64,000 nucleotides of DNA from Trueperaceae bacterium (GTDB lineage Bacteria > Deinococcota > Deinococci > Deinococcales > Trueperaceae), in assembly GCA_034521815.1 (NCBI GenBank), contig JAXHLW010000013.1, positions 1,376,001 through 1,440,000 on the forward strand, written 5' to 3'. Positions 30,501 through 40,506 of this stretch are shown in pieces. Below the pieces are notes generated by a model. The model was not told where the DNA came from, made no database searches, and saw nothing but the letters and a program-made list of their open reading frames with translations. Position numbers and translations under genes: made by a program. Position 1 is the first letter of the stretch; the number at the start of each line of letters is the position of its first letter.

Positions 30501-32893
30501 AGGCCCGAGGCGCCCGCGGGCGCCCGGAGCTGGCGGGGATCGGGCTCTCGGTCGAACGAGAGCTGCAAGTCGTAGCTGCCGCGCCCGGTGAGGCGGAGGT
30601 GCGACTGCCCGCCGGCGGCGAGGGTGGCGCGCAGCACCACGTCGTCCGCGCGGTCGGCATCGGCGTCACCGAGCACGGAGACGCGCGCCCCGCCCACCTC
30701 GCCACGGACCTCCAGCACGGTCGGCGCGTCGAACGTCGGCAAGGCGTACACGTCGGCGTCCCCCATCGTTCCGGAGGTACCGACCAGGCGCAGGTCGGCG
30801 GGCAGCGCAGCGGCTCGGCGAGCGTCGTGGTTCGGCTCGACGTCGACGGGCAGCGCGATCGGATCCAGCATCGTCCCGCGCAGCTGGTACCAGCCGTCGC
30901 TGCTCTCTTCGGGCCAGGCGACCACGTCGTAGTCGCCGGCCAGCAGCCAGCCCTCGAACACGGCAGGACGGCCCGGGCCCTCGGCGACGGCGCGATCGGC
31001 ATCGCTGACGTCGATGGTGACCTGCCCATCCTCCGGCGGCACCGCCTCGATGCGGACGTAGGCGTCGTTCAGGAGGGTGAAGCGATAGACGTCCCGGTCC
31101 CCGTCGGTCAGCGTGCCCACGCGCGTCGTCCCGAACGGCAACAGCTGCGAGCGCTCGCTTCCGTCGTTCGGCTCGCTCTCGATCCAGCCGGACGGGGCGG
31201 GCGGGCCGGGGTCGGCCAGCGCCTCGACATCGCTCGCGTCGCTCGGATCCGCTGGCCCGCTCGGGGCCGCCTCGGCCGGCTCGAGCGGCGCCTCCGCGGA
31301 CGCACCGGGATCGGCGTCGGCCGCGGCGGCCGCGGCGGGCTCGGGAGGCGACGGCGGGTCGCCGGTGCGTAGCCCCCGCACCGCCCAGTCGCCCTCGCCG
31401 CCGACCTCGACGTAGACCGAGCCCGGCTCCAGGACCAGGTTGTCCAGCCGCAGGCGACCGCTGCCGCCGACGGCGCCGAGCCTCCGGCCGCCGCTGTCGT
31501 ACACGGCGAGGTCGGCCAGGCCGTCGCCGATCGCCTGCACGCGCCACAGGCCGGCGTCGTCGCCGATCTCGAAGCGCATCACGTCGGTGTCCTGCGTCTG
31601 AAGGGTTCCGCGCAGCGTCGCGCCCTCCCCCATCGGGGATGCTGCTGGGCGAACGTCGTTCGGCTCGGCCTCGTAGCCGTCGCGTGGCGTCGTTCCGGGC
31701 TCCAGCGCGACGCGATAGCTCGCCGCGTCGCTGCCCGCGACGGTCAGGTAGTGGATCCCGGCGCCGAGCACCAGGCCGGCGACGCTGCCGCTGCTCCCGC
31801 GCCGGGAAAGAAGCTCCTCGCCGTTCTCGTCGCGGAGGACGACGGTGACCTCGCCGTCCGCCTCCAGCGTCAGGTCGAACGCCTCCTCCGCCCGCTCTTC
31901 GGGCACGTCGACGACGATCCAGTCGGTCCGCTCGGCGACGCCGTCGAACGGCTCGCCCAGCCGCATCGGGTTCGCGTTCGCGCGGTCGTCGTTCGGCTCG
32001 ACCTCCGAGCCGTCGGCGGGCCGGCCCTGCACCACGGTACGGACGGCGCTGGTGCCCGCCTCGCCGGCGATGCGCAGCGTGTAGGTGCCCTGGGCGAGGC
32101 CGAGGAACCCCATCGCCGTGCCCTGTCCGGGGCCCAGCGTGCCCTGCGCGACCTCGCTTCCGTCCGGTCCGATCAGCTCGACGGTGACGTCGCCGTCCAC
32201 CGACGTCTGTCCTTCGACGCCCCACAGCAGGCCGGCGTCCTCCTCGCTCAGCTCCCAGGTCAGCTCGCGGGGCGTCCCGGCTTCGACCGGGCCGTAGGCG
32301 CCGAACGCTCCCTGGGCCGTGTCGATGCGGTCGAACGGCCGATGGTCGCGGTCGAGGGTCCGGTCCTGCCGCACGAACGACAGCACGTACCGGCCCTCGC
32401 CACCGCTCTTGGAGAGGCCCAGGTAGAGCGGCCCGGGCGGAAGCAGGATCGGGCCCGAGCGGTTCAGGCGCCCGGTCGTGGTGCCGAAGGTCCACATCTT
32501 GTCGGCGGCGGTGACCCCGACGCCGTCGTCGGCGAAGGTGGCGTGGACCAGGTCCAGCTGCGTGAGCTGGTCCTCGATCCCCTCGATCTCGACCACCCAC
32601 GGCACGGCCGCGTCCTCTGCGGAGACGTCCCAGACGAACACGTCCTGGGCGTCGTCCAGCGCCCCCACCATGCAGCGCTCGTCGCCGACCGGGGTGGCCC
32701 GGTGCAGCTCGTCGTTCGGCTCGAGCTCCTCGGCGCAGCTGCGGGCGTGGCCGAACCCGGTCAGCACGGCCAGAACGGCCGCGAGCAGCACGGTCGCGCC
32801 GACGCGACGGGGAAGGTGGCGCGTCAGGCGACTCAGGAGGAACGTGCGCCGCCTGGCGACGGCGGTACGGACGGGGTCGAGGTCGCGGGGCAC
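27502..32893 (-). CDS. Giant secreted protein (about 1790 aa): EPND/PPC-like repeats, discoidin-like domains and two VWA domains (frameshift at about 29575-29590)
   Basis: AAGGAG RBS; five E-x-E-P-N-D/H repeats; FRIETSLDGESW...ARYARL; MIDAS motifs DSSGS and DASGS. Two track ORFs join across one indel. Confidence 0.78.
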
Positions 32894-32988
32894 AAGGTCT
32901 CCTTTTCGTGTCGAGCTCTACCGAAGCTGCGGGGCGGGCGCGGCGGACGGGGCGGACGCGGCCGCGCCGGCTCGGTCCGGGGCGTTCG

Positions 32989-33588
32989 TCAGGGCATCTC
33001 GATGTCCAGCTCGGGGAGCCGCTCGACGACGAAGCTTCCTTCGATCGTCGCGACCTGCGACATGTCCGGCTCGGCGTTCATCTGGGGAAGCAGCGGCATC
33101 TCGGCCGAGAAGGTGCCCTCCAGCCGGTACACGCCTTCGGAGATCTCCTCGAACGTGGTGATGGTCCCCTCGGCGCTGCCGCCTGCGTCGCTCACGTGCA
33201 CGTTCTGAAGCATCGAGCTTTCGGGCCAGTACATCGCCGAGACCTGCTCGGAGCCGTAGCTGCACGGGCAGTCGGACGGCGGGGAGTACAGGGAGAACTC
33301 GAGCGACAGCGTCTTCTCGAGCGCGTAGCGCCGCTGGGGGTGGGACTGCAGCGACAGGTTCAGCATCACGCCCATGATCGACGACCAGCTCGCGGTGGCT
33401 TGGGGTCCTTCGGCGGTCGCGAACTCGAGGACGTACCAGGTGCCGGCTTCGCCGTTCAGGGTGGCCTCGATGGTACCGATCACGGTGCCTTCCTGGGACC
33501 GGGCGTCCTGGGCTTGGGCGACGCCCAGCCCGACGAAGAGCGCCATGATCATGGCGAGGAAACGGAGTCGTGAGGCGACGATAGGCAT
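32989..33588 (-). CDS. Secreted hypothetical protein (beta-rich, CPC motif)
   Basis: GGAGG RBS, signal peptide ending AQA, co-oriented in the operon. Confidence 0.7.
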   Translation of the reverse strand: MPIVASRLRFLAMIMALFVGLGVAQAQDARSQEGTVIGTIEATLNGEAGTWYVLEFATAEGPQATASWSSIMGVMLNLSLQSHPQRRYALEKTLSLEFSLYSPPSDCPCSYGSEQVSAMYWPESSMLQNVHVSDAGGSAEGTITTFEEISEGVYRLEGTFSAEMPLLPQMNAEPDMSQVATIEGSFVVERLPELDIEMP

Positions 33589-33653
33589 GGGTCCTCCAGG
33601 GAAGGGCCACGCGCCATGATGGCGGACGCGGCTGGGCAGAAGCACGGGGGCGG

Positions 33654-34322
33654 TCACAGGCCGAACCAGGCGAAGACCAGGTTCTCCTCGATCCGCTCGC
33701 GATGGGGCGCGACGCGGTCGACGTTGGCCTGCGGCACGGTCGCGGTCGGCGACGCGCGGGTCGACGACGCCGGGTCGCCACCGGTGAGCTGGGTCACGTC
33801 GTAGCCGACGACGGCGTAGCCGGCCGCCTGGAGCACGCGATCACGGACCCAGCGGTACTCCTCCAACGAGAAGTCCTGAGCGTTGAGGGCGTCCACCTGC
33901 GCGCGCGTCGCCTCGACCAGGAGGCCCGTCACGTCGACGGCGGCCTGCGCCAGCTCGCGCGGGGTGGGGTCGCCGCCCCGCTGCTCGATACGCTCGTAGC
34001 GCTCGCTCAGCTCGTCGACACGCCCCTCGAGGCGCGCCCGCATCGCGTCCTGCACCGCCAGGAAGCGGTCGACCTGTCCGTCCTCGAGGACGTCGTCGGC
34101 GGGCGCGTCGTAGGGACCCTGGTCGCGGACGTCGTCGCGAATCTGCTCGATCTGCTGGACGTCGCGGACCGAGCCCAGCAGCTCGCCGGCCGGACGACCG
34201 ATGAACCACCAGGCCACACCGGCACCGGCCAGGAACAGCACGAGGAACACGACGCCGCAGCCGATGGCGATCTTGCGCCCCGCGCCGCCTCCCCGCTTCT
34301 CGGGCGTGACCGGGTCAGCCAT
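33654..34322 (-). CDS. Membrane-anchored hypothetical protein
   Basis: IAIGCGVV single TM helix, helical soluble domain, ends FGL. Confidence 0.7.
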   Translation of the reverse strand: MADPVTPEKRGGGAGRKIAIGCGVVFLVLFLAGAGVAWWFIGRPAGELLGSVRDVQQIEQIRDDVRDQGPYDAPADDVLEDGQVDRFLAVQDAMRARLEGRVDELSERYERIEQRGGDPTPRELAQAAVDVTGLLVEATRAQVDALNAQDFSLEEYRWVRDRVLQAAGYAVVGYDVTQLTGGDPASSTRASPTATVPQANVDRVAPHRERIEENLVFAWFGL

Positions 34323-35556
34323 GCCGGTCGGTGCGGTCGGCGGGTTCGTCGTCCGTATCGGACGCGGATGTCGGGCCGGCCGCGTCGTGACGGTGGGCTT
34401 CGTCGCCTAGCGTCGCCTTCGGCGTCCTCTCCTGGCGTCGGTGGTCCCTGGCGTCGGCGCTCGGTGGAGCCGAATCGCCGGCCACCGCGTCGACCGCGGC
34501 CGCTCCGGCGGCCATGGTGGCCGCAGCAGCCTCGCTCGGTGCTGCATCGTTGGCGGCGTCTCGCGGAGGCCGATCCGCGGCCGTTGCCGCGGGCGCGGCC
34601 GTGCCTGCCGTGTGGCCGGAGCCTCCGGTCGACGCGACGGCCTCCTGGGCCTTGCGACCAAGCTCCTTGAACTTGTCGCTCATGCCCTCGAGCTTGGCGA
34701 CCCAGGCCGGGTCGGGCGTCATGTCCAGCGTCGTGCGGTGGTACGCCAGCAGGGTCGCGGCCAGCGACCAGGCGTCGGCGACGGCGAGCTTGAGCATCCA
34801 GGCGCCGACCACGACCATCACGCCGAGGAACGGGCCCGCCGCGGGCAGCACCGCCGCGATGGCCAGGGCGGGCAGGCCGAGGATCACGAGCAGCAGGAAG
34901 AACTCGACGTAGCCGATCAGGGTCAGCACCACGGCGTTGGCGACGATCGGCTTCCACGCCTGGGCGTAGAGGACGACGCCCTCGTGCGCGACGCCCCAGA
35001 CGTTCTGCTCGCGCTTGGCGTAGGCGCGCGACAGGATCGACTCGTCGACGTAGGTCGAGGACATCAGCGCGACCCGCTCGAGCAGCTTGCCCAGCGAGTC
35101 GATGCCGGGGATCGGCAGGATGTCGACGATTCGGACGACGGTCCGCACGATCCGTCGCACGATCCCGTCCACCAGCTGATCGACGGCGAACATGATGCTG
35201 GTGTCCTTGAACCGCTCCGTCACCTGCTTGCGGCCGTAGGCGACCTGTCCCTCGTCGGGCCCCCGGCCGTGCACGATGAACTCGGTCATCACGGCGGTGT
35301 GCGCCGCCTTGAGCAGGTAGAAGTAGTACCGCGTCACCCAGCGCACGATTCCGAACGCCCCACCGATCCCGGCCAGGAACAAGATGAAGCCGAGCGGCGC
35401 CCAGAGCTGGCCCAGCAGCCAGGCGACCCCGCCGATGACGCCGAAGTAGACCCCCAGCCCCAGGCCGAGCAGCAGGTAGCTTCCGAGACGGATCCAGATG
35501 AACGGCAACGTCTTTCCTAGCAGACCGAGCGCTTCGCCGAGATAGAGCTTGGGCAC
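34315..35556 (-). CDS. Multi-pass membrane hypothetical protein (first gene of the operon)
   Basis: AAAGGA RBS before GTG, four or more TM helices, low-complexity C-terminal tail. Confidence 0.72.
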   Translation of the reverse strand: MPKLYLGEALGLLGKTLPFIWIRLGSYLLLGLGLGVYFGVIGGVAWLLGQLWAPLGFILFLAGIGGAFGIVRWVTRYYFYLLKAAHTAVMTEFIVHGRGPDEGQVAYGRKQVTERFKDTSIMFAVDQLVDGIVRRIVRTVVRIVDILPIPGIDSLGKLLERVALMSSTYVDESILSRAYAKREQNVWGVAHEGVVLYAQAWKPIVANAVVLTLIGYVEFFLLLVILGLPALAIAAVLPAAGPFLGVMVVVGAWMLKLAVADAWSLAATLLAYHRTTLDMTPDPAWVAKLEGMSDKFKELGRKAQEAVASTGGSGHTAGTAAPAATAADRPPRDAANDAAPSEAAAATMAAGAAAVDAVAGDSAPPSADARDHRRQERTPKATLGDEAHRHDAAGPTSASDTDDEPADRTDRHG

Positions 35557-35713
35557 GGGAGGTTCCTTTCGTCAGTGAACGGGATACGAAACGACGACCC
35601 TCGCCCCCTTCCGGGTCGAGGGAACTGCGCGACGGACGGACTCTCTCCACGCCAAGCGTACACGACGCGCGAAGCCCAGGCGCAGGGCGGCCGCGCCCGA
35701 CCGTTCGAGAGCG

Positions 35714-36325
35714 CTAGCCGACCGACGCGAACAGCGGCGTGACCCTCTCGGCACGGGGTACGCGGTGGCACGAGCGGCAGCGCGGCTCGTAGCTCTCCTG
35801 CGCGCCGACCAGGATCACCGGATCGCCGTAGTGCGCTGGATGCCCGCCGATCAGGCGTTGCGTGCGGGTGGCGGCCCGGCCGCAGCGACAGATGGCGGTC
35901 AGCTTCTCGACGTGCTCGGCGCGGGCCAGGAGGATGGGAAGCGGCCCGAACGGCTCGGCCCGGAAGTCGAGGTCGAGGCCCGCCACGATGATGCGCTTGC
36001 CGTCGTCCGCGAGGTCCTGCACGAGCTCGGGGAGCCGGTCGTCGAAGAACTGCGCCTCGTCGACCGCGACCACCTCGGTCGCGTCGCGAAGGCGCTCTCG
36101 AAGCCCGTCGGTATCGTCCACCGGCTGGGCCTCGAGGGTGCGGCCGGCGTGGCTGGCGACCGCGACCTTGTCGTAACGGTCGTCGATCGCGGGCTTGAAC
36201 ACCTGAACGGCTTGACGAGCGATCAGCGCGCGGGTCACGCGCCGGATCAGCTCCTCGGACTTGCCGCTGAACATCGGCCCGACGATCACCTCGAGCCAGC
36301 CTCCGCCGTAGGGATGGGCCTGCAT
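35714..36325 (-). CDS. tdk: Thymidine kinase
   Basis: [24 protein letters not shown] and Zn-binding CRC/CRSC; leaderless TACGCT. Confidence 0.95.
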   Translation of the reverse strand: MQAHPYGGGWLEVIVGPMFSGKSEELIRRVTRALIARQAVQVFKPAIDDRYDKVAVASHAGRTLEAQPVDDTDGLRERLRDATEVVAVDEAQFFDDRLPELVQDLADDGKRIIVAGLDLDFRAEPFGPLPILLARAEHVEKLTAICRCGRAATRTQRLIGGHPAHYGDPVILVGAQESYEPRCRSCHRVPRAERVTPLFASVG

Positions 36326-36452
36326 ACCTGCGAGCGTACCGCAGCGCAGAGTGCCGGCAGGCAGGGGTGTCGGGCGTCCCGGCGTCCTGAGCGCGTTGGT
36401 GTCAAGCATTCGGATCACCGTCCGCTCACCCCACCGTGCTACCCTCCGCCCC

Positions 36453-37007
36453 ATGTCACGCATGCACGGCACCACCATCGTCGCGGTGCACAAAGACGGC
36501 GTCAGCGCCATCGCCGGGGACGGGCAGGTCACCCTGGGCGACCAGATCGTCAAACGCGGCGCGATCAAGGTCCGAACCCTCGAGCAAGGCGGCGTTCTCG
36601 CCGGCTTCGCCGGCGCGGTCAGCGACGCCTTCACGCTGATGGACAAGTTCGAGGGCTACCTCTCCTCGTCGAAGGGGAACCTGCTCAAGGCGGCCGTCGA
36701 GACCGTCAAGGAGTGGCGCACCGACCGGGCGCTCCGCAACCTCGAGGCGATGCTGATCATCGCCGATCACGAACAGATCCTGACCCTGTCCGGTGCCGGC
36801 GACGTGGTCGCTCCGGACGTGCCGGTGGCGTCGGTCGGAAGCGGCGGCGCCTACGCCCTGGCCGCGGCCGTGGCGCTGCTGGAGCACAGCGAGCTGAGCG
36901 CCCCCGAGATCGCCCGCGAGGCGATCCGCATCGCGGGCACCATCGACATCTACACCAGTGGCGAGGCGACCGTCCTCACCGTTCCGAGCAGCGAGGCGTC
37001 CGAATGA
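36453..37007 (+). CDS. hslV: ATP-dependent protease peptidase subunit
   Basis: [29 protein letters not shown] and GSGG; leaderless TACCCT. Confidence 0.95.
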   Translation: MSRMHGTTIVAVHKDGVSAIAGDGQVTLGDQIVKRGAIKVRTLEQGGVLAGFAGAVSDAFTLMDKFEGYLSSSKGNLLKAAVETVKEWRTDRALRNLEAMLIIADHEQILTLSGAGDVVAPDVPVASVGSGGAYALAAAVALLEHSELSAPEIAREAIRIAGTIDIYTSGEATVLTVPSSEASE

Positions 37008-38332
37008 CCCAGTCCAACGCCCCCGTCCTCCGTCGCGACCTTCCCGATCTCGACGACCTGACGCCCATCCAGATCGTCGAGGCGCTGGACGCCGACATCA
37101 TCGGACAGCACAAGGCCAAGCGCAGCGTGGCGGTCGCCCTGAGGAACCACGTCCGCCGGCGCCGGCTGCCGCTCGAGACGCAAGCCGAGGTGACGCCGAA
37201 GAACATCCTGATGATCGGCCCCACCGGGGTCGGCAAGACCGAGATCGCGCGTCGCCTGGCGAAGCTGGCCAGGGCGCCGTTCCTGAAGGTCGAGGCCACG
37301 AAGTTCACCGAGGTGGGCTACGTGGGCCGCGACGTGGACAGCATCGTCCGCGACCTGGCGCAGGCGTCGTACGCCCTGGTCGAGGAGGAGAAGAAGGCCG
37401 AGGTGGCCGAGGCGGCCGCGGTCGCTGCCGAGCGGAAGCTGCTCGAGGCGCTGCTGCCCGGCGGCACCGAGGAGGGTCTCGAGCGGATGCGGGCGCTGCT
37501 GCGCGCCGGTCAGCTCGAAGACCGCACCGTCGAGATCGAGGTGGCCGAGGAGCCGCCCCAGCTGGGCATGGGCATGCCGGGCATGGAAGAGATGGGCCGC
37601 AACCTGCAGGACATGCTGTCGCGCTTCGCGCCGCAACGGTCGCAGACCCGCAAGACGACCGTGCGCGAGGCCAGGCGCATCCTCCAGGACCAGGAGGCCA
37701 CCTCGCTGCTGGACGAGGACGAGGTGAACCGCGAGGCGATCGACCGGGCCGAGAACCGCGGCATCGTGTTCCTGGACGAGATCGACAAGATCACGGGCGA
37801 GGACGGCGTCGGCGGCGCCGACGTGTCGGGCGAGGGCGTTCAGCGCGACCTGCTGCCGATCGTCGAGGGCACCCAGGTCCAGACCCGCTACGGCTCGGTG
37901 CGCACCGACCATGTGCTGTTCATCGCGGCGGGGGCGTTCAGCGTGTCGAAGCCTTCGGATCTGATCCCGGAGATGCAGGGACGCTTCCCGATCCGGGTGG
38001 AGCTCGACGAGCTCAGCGCCGGCGATCTGCAGCGCATCCTGACGCAGCCCCGCTACGCCCTGACCCGCCAGTACGCCGACCTGCTCCGTGTCGACGGCAC
38101 CGACCTCGTCTGGGACGAGACCGGCATCGTCGCGATCGCCGAGGTCGCCGAGCAGGTCAACCGCGACGTCGAGGACATCGGTGCGCGCCGGCTGCACACG
38201 ATCCTGGAGCGCGTGCTCGAGGACGTGGCGTTCGGCACCGATCTCGGGCGCGTCGTGATCGACGGGGACTACGTGCGCCGCAAGGTCGAGGACATCGCTG
38301 GAGACGAGGACCTGAGCCGCTACGTGCTCTGA
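37004..38332 (+). CDS. hslU: ATP-dependent protease ATPase subunit
   Basis: [34 protein letters not shown] and C-terminal DLSRYVL. Confidence 0.96.
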   Translation: MTQSNAPVLRRDLPDLDDLTPIQIVEALDADIIGQHKAKRSVAVALRNHVRRRRLPLETQAEVTPKNILMIGPTGVGKTEIARRLAKLARAPFLKVEATKFTEVGYVGRDVDSIVRDLAQASYALVEEEKKAEVAEAAAVAAERKLLEALLPGGTEEGLERMRALLRAGQLEDRTVEIEVAEEPPQLGMGMPGMEEMGRNLQDMLSRFAPQRSQTRKTTVREARRILQDQEATSLLDEDEVNREAIDRAENRGIVFLDEIDKITGEDGVGGADVSGEGVQRDLLPIVEGTQVQTRYGSVRTDHVLFIAAGAFSVSKPSDLIPEMQGRFPIRVELDELSAGDLQRILTQPRYALTRQYADLLRVDGTDLVWDETGIVAIAEVAEQVNRDVEDIGARRLHTILERVLEDVAFGTDLGRVVIDGDYVRRKVEDIAGDEDLSRYVL

Positions 38333-40478
38333 CGAGGCTAGGCACGCCCTCGAACACCACGATCGCGTCCTGCAGCGGCTCCAGGATCGAGCCCGGCTCG
38401 AGCACCGTGCCGGGCTCGACGTGGTCGGTGCCGAACGCGACGCGCCAGCCGGCGGCGTCGGCAGCCTTCGGCAGCGTGAACCGCTCGGGTCTGCGGCCCA
38501 GGAACACGACCAGCGCCGAGGTGTCGTGGCCGGTCCGGCCGTCACGCTGCACCTCGTGGAACGCGCTGCCGCACAGCAGCATCCCCAGCGTCGTGCGCTT
38601 CCGGTCGTGCCAGTCCCGCGACGTCATCTCGCGTCCTTCGGGTCCGTACCAGGTGACGTCCTTGCAGCCCGACGGGTCGGTCCGGCCGGTGAGGAACCGG
38701 CTGCGCCGGAAGATCGGATGCTTCCGCCGGAACGCCATCACCTCTCGGACGAACGTCAGGAACGCCTGATCCCGCTCGTCCAGATCCCAGCCGTACCAGG
38801 ACACGTCGTTGTCCTGGCAGTAGCTGTTGTTGTTCCCGCCCTTGCTCCTGGACAGCTCGTCGCCCCCCAGCAGCATGGGCACGCCCTGCGACAGGAACAA
38901 CGTGGCGATCAGGCCCCGCTTGACGCGCTCGCGCGCGTCCTGGATCTCGGGATCGTCGCTGGGCCCCTCCACCCCGAAGTTCTGCGACAGGTTGTGGTCG
39001 TGCCCGTCACGGTTGTTTTCGCCGTTCGCCTCGTTGTGCTTGCGCTGGTACGAGACCATGTCCTGGAGCGTGTAGCCGTCGTGGGCGGTGATGAAGTTGA
39101 CCGAGGCGTACGGCCGTCGGCTGTCGCGATCGTAGAGGTCCGCCGAACCCGACACGCGCGTGGCCAGCTCGCCCACGCCGCCACGGTGCCCCGCCCAGTA
39201 CCCGCGCACGGCGTCGCGGTAGCGGCCGTTCCACTCCGCCCAGTGCCACGGGAAGTTGCCGACCTGGTAGCCGCCCGGACCGACGTCCCACGGCTCGGCG
39301 ATCAGCTTGACCCGGCTCAGGACCGGATCTTGCTGCATCACGGTGAAGAACGGCGACAGCATGTCCACGTCGTACAGCTCGCGCGCCAGCACCGAGGCCA
39401 GGTCGAAGCGGAACCCGTCGACGTGCATCTCCTGCACCCAGTAGCGGAGGCTGTCGGTGATGAGCTGCAGCACGTACGGGTTGCCGGCGTCCAAGGTGTT
39501 GCCGGTTCCGGTGTAGTCCACGTTTCGGCTCGGATCGTCGGAGCGAAGCTTGTAGTAGCCCTCGTTGTCGATCCCGCGCCACGACAGGGTGGGGCCCTGC
39601 CGGTCGCCCTCGGCGGTGTGGTTGTACACGACGTCCAGCAGCACCTCGAAGCCGGCGTCGTGAAGCTGCCGGACCATCATCTTGAACTCGCGGACCGCGC
39701 CCTCGATGCCGAACGCCGCGAAGCGCGGCTCGGGCGCGAAGTAGGCCAGCGGGTTGTAGCCCCAGTAGTTCCTCAGGCCCTTCTCGCGCAGGTGCTGCTC
39801 GCTGATGAACGCGTGCACGGGAAGCAGCGAGATCGAGGTCACCCCCAGCGACCTCAGGTGGTCCACGATCGGCTCGCTGGCCACGCCCAGGTACGTCCCA
39901 CGCAGCCGCGGGGGAACGTCGGGATGACGCATGGTGAGGCCACGTACGTGGGTCTCGTAGATCACCGTGTCGGGCCACGGCACGTCGGGACGCCGGTCGC
40001 CGCCCCACTCGAACGCATGCTCGACGACCATGCCCAGCGGCGCCCAGGCATCGCTGGGGCGGGGATCGGGCCGGGCGGGGTCCGAGGGGTCGTGACCGTA
40101 GAGGCTGTCGTGCCACACCAGCGGGCGCCCCAGCGCCGTGGCGTACGGGTCCAGCACGACCTTCGCCGGGTTGAACCGCTGTCCGCGCTCCGGATTCCAC
40201 GGCCCGTGAACCCGGTAGCCGTACAGCTGACCCGGCCTGCGCTGAGGCAGGTAGGCGTGCCACACCGGGCCGGTCTTCTCGTCCAGAGGGATCACGTGCG
40301 CCGGCTCGGTGTCGTCCGCACGATCGAACAGCAGCAGGTCCACGGCCTTCGCACGCTCGGAGTACAGCGCGAAGTTGACGCCCGCTCCGTCCCAGCTGGC
40401 GCCCAGGGGGTACGGCCTGCCGGGACGGACGACGGGCGGGCGGGCGGCGAAGCGTTGGGAGAGGGGAGCGTCGCTCAT
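38157..40478 (-). CDS. glgX: Glycogen debranching enzyme (true 3' end probably near 38338)
   Basis: [31 protein letters not shown] and NFITAHDG. The called end overlaps hslU by about 176 bp, probably because a stop was lost. Confidence 0.93.
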   Translation of the reverse strand: MSDAPLSQRFAARPPVVRPGRPYPLGASWDGAGVNFALYSERAKAVDLLLFDRADDTEPAHVIPLDEKTGPVWHAYLPQRRPGQLYGYRVHGPWNPERGQRFNPAKVVLDPYATALGRPLVWHDSLYGHDPSDPARPDPRPSDAWAPLGMVVEHAFEWGGDRRPDVPWPDTVIYETHVRGLTMRHPDVPPRLRGTYLGVASEPIVDHLRSLGVTSISLLPVHAFISEQHLREKGLRNYWGYNPLAYFAPEPRFAAFGIEGAVREFKMMVRQLHDAGFEVLLDVVYNHTAEGDRQGPTLSWRGIDNEGYYKLRSDDPSRNVDYTGTGNTLDAGNPYVLQLITDSLRYWVQEMHVDGFRFDLASVLARELYDVDMLSPFFTVMQQDPVLSRVKLIAEPWDVGPGGYQVGNFPWHWAEWNGRYRDAVRGYWAGHRGGVGELATRVSGSADLYDRDSRRPYASVNFITAHDGYTLQDMVSYQRKHNEANGENNRDGHDHNLSQNFGVEGPSDDPEIQDARERVKRGLIATLFLSQGVPMLLGGDELSRSKGGNNNSYCQDNDVSWYGWDLDERDQAFLTFVREVMAFRRKHPIFRRSRFLTGRTDPSGCKDVTWYGPEGREMTSRDWHDRKRTTLGMLLCGSAFHEVQRDGRTGHDTSALVVFLGRRPERFTLPKAADAAGWRVAFGTDHVEPGTVLEPGSILEPLQDAIVVFEGVPSLVRARSGSGPRLQRCPRPCGARSPRRSRRARDRCRTPRPRARAPGSCAAGAHRCPRRRG

Positions 40479-40506
40479 CGGGCGTCCGCCTGGGCCGATA
40501 CGATCG

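Noticed and set aside
38157-38337. glgX C-terminal extension overlapping hslU antisense
   Set aside because: The extension is low-complexity, and a single extra C at GTGCCTAG would give a stop just past hslU; probably an indel artefact.
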